Assembly: GCA_973895155.1 (NCBI GenBank)
Contig: OZ316894.1
Span: forward strand, 12,998,828-13,062,827
Reading direction: 5' to 3'
Length of the DNA: 64,000 nt
Origin: Marsupella aquatica
Taxonomy: Eukaryota > Plantae > Marchantiophyta
The translations under genes were made by a program, and so were the position numbers. Within the stretch, counting starts at the first letter, position 1. Each line of letters starts with the position of its first letter. The notes beneath the pieces are model-generated. The model worked only from the letters and a program-made list of their open reading frames with translations, made no database searches and was not told the origin of the DNA. Shown one piece after another: positions 57,162 through 64,000 of this stretch.

Positions 57162-60100
57162 TTACTCAGATCCAGAAGTCCTCAATTCTTGAAACGAAAT
57201 ATCCCTAGATTTATCTCCTAGCGGGGTTCTAGTTGATCCATTCTCTTGTTCTTGCTCTTTCTCTTCTGCCAAAAATTCAGTCAATCGGATTTTGATTCGA
57301 TCTACTGTCTTTTTGTACAATGTATCAGATTTTGTCAACATGAAGTTGTAAGCAAAAACAGTCGTTGAAGATAAATCAAGCTCTTGGTGAAACCATATTG
57401 GTTTCAAAGTTCCTTTCCCACGACCGCTTTTCTTCTTTTCGTAGTTTAAGACTTCTGGTAAGTACTTGGCTTTCCAAGGATCTGACCCGGTTTTTGTAGC
57501 ATGCCATAAAACATAAATCATTTTTGGAATGTTGAACTCATCGCGCTGGTCAATTCTTTCCACCTTGGCCACCCAAAATGTTTCCGATTCTTCTCCAGCA
57601 ACAGAAATATAAGTGTTGACTTCAAGATCCGAAAAGTCTCCTTCCATATTCTCCTTCTCTGCATCTATCTTTCCTTGATTCCGATAAGGACCCACGTATA
57701 TATCTCTGGTAGGTCCGTATACTCTCTCTTCAATTTCCTCTTCATTGACAAGGACTCTGGGAACTTCAGCAGCAACAGCAATCTCCCTTTGGGAGCGTGG
57801 CCATTGAAAGGGAAAATCAATGGTCTTTGATCAAGGAGCAAAGATTTATTCAATTCCCGTTGCTCTTCAAAAAACATTCTCCACCAGTTCACTTCCTCTT
57901 CTGAGAATAAAGTTTCAACTGCAAGTATTCCCTTTTGAATCTCATTTAACGAATCATCCATCTCCTTCAAAGTCATTCTTGAAGAACTAGACATATTTGG
58001 TTGAGTCCTTGTAACGTTCTTATCCCCCTTTTTGAAAAGGGGTAATCCGGGAGCACAACCCATCACCTTTTCTGGCTCCTCTTCCCTCAAAAATTTCACG
58101 CCTCCGTCAGGTTTCCAAGTTGAGTCCGTGGAAAACTTCTTCCCCCATTGGGTTGGAACTTGATTTTCCAACTTGTCAAATGCAAATTTGTACTGGTGGT
58201 GGAAGGTAACATTTCGAATCCTTTCAATGACTAAAGGTGGATCTGAGAAGGCATATTGACGGAAATCATATGTTTCCTTTAAAAGAGTGATATTTGGTTG
58301 GGGTTGATATGATTCACAAATAATATCACATAGGCTTTCGTATGTGAATGCCTTAAACCTTGCTAGTCGTTTAGAAAATCGACTAAACATTTGATCTATT
58401 TGGTCGTGTGTGTGTCCAACCAACAAGAATCCTAGTTTGATTTTCCGAAAAACCTTTCTTCGAATCAACATATGAAGATAGGCAAAGAGTAAATTATTTT
58501 TATTTTCTCTACTGGTATTATCAAGTTGAAGATAGAGAACAGGCGGCAAGCCACCAGGCTTTTCTTCCCATTCGTGAAACACCCTTTGCAGGATTGTGAC
58601 TGTCAAGTTTCCATCATTATGCAATACAGGATAATTAAGAAACACTCTTGAAAATAATGCACCATTGGAAACCAGGCATCCGACAACGTGCATTTGGATC
58701 AAACATGTTTCGTCCACCGATTTTGGGGGCCGCGGCCAATGAGGCAACCTTGTCTTCTTCTGATCCATCCCATCAATGACAACTCCCAAATATTTATCTG
58801 AATTTGAAAAACATTTCTTACGATGCTTCGTGAGTTTCTCACGTTCTTTGGATTGTTGGTCTCTATGTTTTTGTAACATAATTTCCCCTCGCCCTGGAAA
58901 AACAACTTGTTAGTTTCTTCAAAAAAAATTAGAAATCATGTGTTAAGCCATATTCTTGAAACAAAAACTTGTCAAACTTGTAAGTAACTTACTCTTTTCG
59001 GTCTCCGAGACAGCTTTGTCCCGAATTGATTTGAACTCCTCGCAATCCGCGCAAGCACTGAATCGATTGACTGGAGGAATCTTCACATGACCAAATTCTT
59101 GAACCCAAACTTTCAAGAATTGTCGATAGGATATTTTTGAAGATTCATCAATCTTGGCATAGTTGGAGTCGTAGATCTTCCATACCTCCAGCTTTGAATA
59201 ATTATCCAGTAAATGTGAAACTTCTTTATTTGGCAATGTTTCCACGCGTGTCTCAAAAAACGACCTAAGCCAACTGACCAAGACTAATCTTTTAACAGAT
59301 GGAGGGCGTCCAACTGGTTTAGAATATCCTAAGTCTTGGTTGTCTAATTTCAAAATTCTATTTAATCTATGATTGCCAACGCAAAATATAAGCTTGAAAG
59401 CTTTCCGACAAATACTCTTTTGACCAAACGTGTAAGATATAGTCTGCCTCCCTCCTTCATTTCCGTCTCGCTTTATAAGCCACTGCAAAGATAAAGATCG
59501 ATCCTGAGATTTCTGCCTCAAAAATTTAGAACGCGCCTCACGAATTTCTTTTGGAGATAGACTTAGGAGACAATGACTCTGACAACAGTACTTACTATTT
59601 GTTTTCTTGATATCCTCCTCTTTCAACTTTGTTTCACACAAAGTGGCGTTGCTCGTACGTTTGTAACGACTAGATGCCACCGGAACATCATCATCCTCCC
59701 CACTCTCCGAAGACTCGCTTTCATTCGATGATGAAATGGTCACCAACATTTGCTTCTGAACATGCCTAGATTCCAGACCTGCAGCCTCCGGAGATGGAGG
59801 CTCTTCCTTCACTCTATGCAGCCTTGGAATACCTGGGCGTATTTCAGAAATCCCTCCATTACCGTGTAGGGACCCTTTCAATATTTTCCTAGGGTCCCTC
59901 TCCACCAGGTTCGTTTCCCTGTTTGAGTTTCCGTGACTTGATCCGCTCCCTGCCCCAACACCATGACTCCTAGGTAAAACTGAGGAACGCACATTAGAAT
60001 TCTTTTCTGGAATACTTTTCAATAACACTGGTCGTCTAGTTTCTTCCCTCATCCCCCTGTGAAATGTTTCCGACGTTGGCTTACCAAAGGTTTTACTTTT

Positions 60101-60559
60101 TGGCATTTGCTTCAGCCGCTGAACACTTTGGAGATTGCAAAAATCTCTGTCATTTTCCCCACTTAGTGCCTTCTTCGTCTTTCCAAATCCAGTCTTCATG
60201 AATTCATGAGACCGTTTCCCAGACATCCAAATAGGCATTGAACCTTCCAGATTACTCCCCAATTTGTCCTTTGTTGGTGACAAAGGAGATACAACTTGAC
60301 GTCCAGGGGGACCAATACTCTCCAAGGAGTCAGAGGAGCTCCCTGACCTCTCTTTACCACCGACCAATGATTTCTTCCCACTAATTGCAAGTCGTAAAGG
60401 ACTACGTTTTAACTTGCTCATAGGGGTGGGGGGTGGCATATCTAAAACAGTAGTTATTCCAGGGATATCTGGGCCAACCACTGTGCAGGGGCCATCCGGC
60501 AATGAAACATCATCAGAAACTCCATCTGAATAATCATCTGATTCGTAACACGCCGCCAT
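57162..60559 (-). pseudogene. DDE-type transposase (DNxxxENKN / GHTHxxIDQ family; Sola/DUF7869-like), one frameshift
   Basis: VIDGMDQ, LYLQLDNTSRENKN, LLVGHTHDQIDQMFS, plus upstream CC..C and CADC motifs. In-frame intron at 58894-58992 and a 1-bp frameshift at ~57805 before the C-terminal FWVAKV domain. Confidence 0.75.
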
Positions 60560-61086
60560 TGGAAAAACTAGTGCAAATTGACAAGAAACTCAGAAAATCA
60601 GTAAAATCTAACAAATCTTCTCAAAATAATGACCAAGAGTCATGAATAAACGAGCCTATTTATAGTTTTTCACGGATTGTTGGGACTTTTTAACTTCAAA
60701 AATATCAAATATTCATGAAATTTGCAAGCTTTTTCCCGTTAATACCCCGAAATATTCATGAATAATTGGCCCAAAAACATTGATTTATCATGATTCTGGG
60801 TTAATTTTACTAAGTCGCGCCTGATCCGTGATTAGTATGTATAACCAAGGAACACGGGGCAGCCCATTCATTTTCACTCAATGTCATTTGGATTTCCTTG
60901 GTAAAAGAGTGAAAAACAATCTCGTTGTCCAATTTCGTGCCATTTTCAGCACTCATCGGCGACGTGTCACGAGTTGTCGCGGTCGCACTTCATTTCGACC
61001 CTGTTTTAGGTAGTAATTTCTTCACGTCACCCCCCTCCGAACCCTATTTTAAATACCCTTCTGCATCACCGAGGTGTACAAGCAAA

Positions 61087-61165
61087 GAGAGAGGAGACTC
61101 CCTTCATGAATTCATGAAGGTCGGAGCGAGAGGGAGACTCCCTTCATGAATTCATGATAGGAGTC
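61087..61165. repeat. 40-bp tandem duplication containing palindrome CCTTCATGAATTCATGAAGG
   Basis: Perfect 20-bp palindrome at 61101-61120; second 14-bp core at 61144-61157. Confidence 0.9.
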
Positions 61166-61322
61166 CTGGGGTGGCCGAGAGCGTTGTTAGATCCGTAAGG
61201 ACACGGTTTTAGTAGCCATTTGTTGGCACATTCCTTGGTTCTGTGGCACTTTGTCTCGCAGGTTGGGGTTGAAGTGGACTGATTTTGTGGTATGTTCTCA
61301 GGTTTGAAGATCAGGCAAAAAC

Positions 61323-64000
61323 ATGACAATGTCGCAGGAAGAGCTGGTGGATGACATCTTTTCGCGCCATCCTTTGACGGACTTCCACAACTCATCCTGG
61401 ACGATTTCCTTAGGGACGGAAACATGGAAGAAGCCCTTCCTAATGCTGTGTGTATTTGAGGGGCTTCCATCGGGGGCATTAGGGTGGGTAAATTACGGCC
61501 GCATCGATGTATTTCGACGGGGCGACGAAGTTGTGAACATGTTGATCACAACGAAAGAAACATCAACTTTGATTGTCGTGGATGTGGAGAGGTTTTCTGG
61601 AACGGCTGCCACCTGCTATCTCGATGAGGACATCGATAGCATCATTGAGACTGTCAAGTCTCTTTCGAGTGAGGAACGTTACCACGACGTCGCGGGAAAG
61701 ATTTCCGGTTTTGTGTTTGAATTTCACGCTAGCACTTTAAAGAGTGCAATCCAAAAATCAAGAGAGATTCTCCGGAAAAGGTCGGCAGAGAAGGGAGTAA
61801 GTCGTCCACCCAAATCTGGGGCTTCCGGTGTTCCTTCTGGATCGAGGCCTAGCATTTTACCCAATGATATTTTGACCGTGGTAGCGCCTACAACCTCCCG
61901 GGAAGCAGCAGCATCTGGAGGGGGATCTCAAGTTGGCAGATCATCCCAGGGAACGGCTTTGACTGGTGGGTCGGCACAAGGTACGACTGGAACTCGCATT
62001 TCTTCAAAGAAGCGACCTGCTATGACTCCTGAGCCTACCGAGCCCAGTGCTACAAAGTCAAAAAAGAAGACTTTGGAGAAAATTCCAACGCATTTGGAGC
62101 AAAAGGCTCAATCAATGTCAATGGATGCACGGGTATTGTACCAGGAGGAGATTCTGGGAAGATGTGGTGTTCAAGAGGAGACCATGACCGTTGACATTGG
62201 TCAACTTTACCCTCCAGTGAGAGAGAAGGCTGTGGGCTTGCCCATTTACCAGGTCCGACACATCCAACCATATTTCTTGACCCAATTGACCTTGCGGATG
62301 AAGACTGTAGGTGCCAGTCCACTTGCAGCTCCGTTTGTCCTCTTGGTGGATCCGAAGGAGTGTGCTACTAGGCAAGACTTTGATTTTTCAAGGAAAGCTG
62401 ATTACCATTATTATGTGATTGGGGGCAACCATTCAGCCTGTGCCAAAGCAGACCTTGCTCTTCAGTTCCCTAACAACAAGGCATTTCGGAGAGTGCAATC
62501 TTGGATATTTGCGGGATTGAGTGTGCAAGAGGCAAGAAACCTTGCGTGGAGTCACAATATTGATTCTGAATTTCGACAACAGATGACGACAATCCAGAGA
62601 GTAAATTATATTCACATGAGATTTGTTGAGAATGGATTGTCGTCCAACCAGGATTTCAAGAAAGAGTGTGCTACTGAAATCAATCTCAAGGATTGGGGTG
62701 TACGAAAGGATGCTGAGGTTCTTAATGCCAATGATAACCTATTTCAGTTGGCATTCCGACAAGATCCTGTGTGGTCATTTGTGAGGCAGATTTGTGACAA
62801 GTGGGAGATGTGTGAGATCAAAGGTCAAAAAGGAGACAAAGGCAAGAAGAAAGTCTCTAAGTCTGGAGATGCCAAATTGCCTTATGAGGACATGAAATTA
62901 ACAGAGTGGAGACACATGCAGGCCTTGAAAGATCCTGATATGATTTGCCCAGTGTTACAGAGAGTTCTTACTAAAGAACTCTCTTTACAGGAAATGGGTC
63001 ACGAATTTACTCGACACAAATTTCAGATGCAGGTGCAGAAGGCCTTCCTCACGTGTCTACACGAGGAGAGTTGGTCATGTTGTAAAACCAAGTACCCTGA
63101 GCATTGCACGGACAATGTGCTTAAGAATTTCGTACCTGTTTTCCAGACATGGGTAAGATTCTGTCACCTTTCTTCGAATGATTGTTTGAATTCATTTAAT
63201 ATTTGGAATCCTTGTTTCTAATTCTACAGTTCCTTTTTGTAGAAAGATACCACCTCCCGGAAAAAGAAGGGAGATGAGGAAGGCAAAGATCTCAAGTCAT
63301 TCCCGGACAAATTCAATGCGCATATTGTGCAAGCCCAAAATTGGCTATCCATGAAGACTTCTAGTCGGCAAACCCAAGAGGGGGAACTTCATCCAAATTC
63401 GTTTGAGCATCCAGAGTTTGGTGATGTGCACTATGATATTTTTACTCATGATGCTCAGCGATTACATGAGGTGGTTCCGGGTCGGGCTTACACATTAGCT
63501 TTAGTGGATATTCCCTACGGGTTTGCATTGCCTGGATGTCTTCATGAAGACACTATTGGATGGGGAACTGAGGAGATCACAAAAATGGTCCAATCGTTCA
63601 AGGTGGCTACTACTGCAAAGTTGTGGCGTATTATCATTCACCACAGCCTTGACCAATATGAGGCCATCAAGACCGTTTTGAAAGCGGAGTGTAATGGAGG
63701 GTTCCAGAATTGTGTGTGGTAAGAATTTTTTTTTTGTTGAAAAAAACAACTATTAGTTATTCATGATTTCATGAACCATGTTTCTCAGTTTAAATAACTC
63801 CTTGACTTTTTGTGACTTTTCAGGGTTAAGGATAATGTGAAGAATGCTGGTGGACCAAGATTGAACAGCAACTTTGAGTGCTTTACAATTGGCTTTCACA
63901 GCCAGGATGGTAAACGGTCATTGGAGCACTTCAATTTTGACACAAATGAATCAAGGAACAATGTGGTTGTATGCGCAGCTGTGACTAAGAAGCTGAAACA
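61323..64000 (+). CDS. ParB/Srx domain plus beta-class DNA amino-methyltransferase fusion (runs off the window)
   Basis: ParB-like YQVR, YYVIGGNHS and EARNLAWSHN. Introns 63153-63242 and 63719-63823 splice in frame to LALVDIPYG (motif IV) and CVWVKDN..GPRLNSNFE..HFNF..NNV. No stops seen. Confidence 0.8.

Overview
Eukaryotic, transposon-dense DNA, probably from a non-seed land plant (inferred from Bianca-type Copia, non-chromovirus Gypsy and short GT-AG introns). No ordinary host gene is recognisable. 1-30059 is a nest of LTR retrotransposons. A minus-strand Bianca-like Copia contains a Gypsy LTR fragment, a 2.3-kb solo LTR and a second Copia, which itself contains a young, complete 15.6-kb Gypsy element. 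That Gypsy has 4.67-kb LTRs that each carry a ~1210-aa ORF, a candidate -1 frameshift signal between protease and RT, and a central PPT copy. 31 kb to the end holds two DNA-transposon-like modules, each with a transposase head-to-head with an intron-containing ParB/Srx-domain gene. The first is a decayed MULE-SWIM transposase with a ParB gene that may carry an MTase remnant, split by a nested solo-LTR/Copia cluster at 40661-53215. The second is a DDE (Sola/DUF7869-like) transposase with an apparently intact ParB plus beta-class DNA amino-methyltransferase gene, next to a Myb/SANT-like gene. Each module carries its own recurring 14-20 bp palindrome. Protein family calls come from motif recognition by eye, not database searches.
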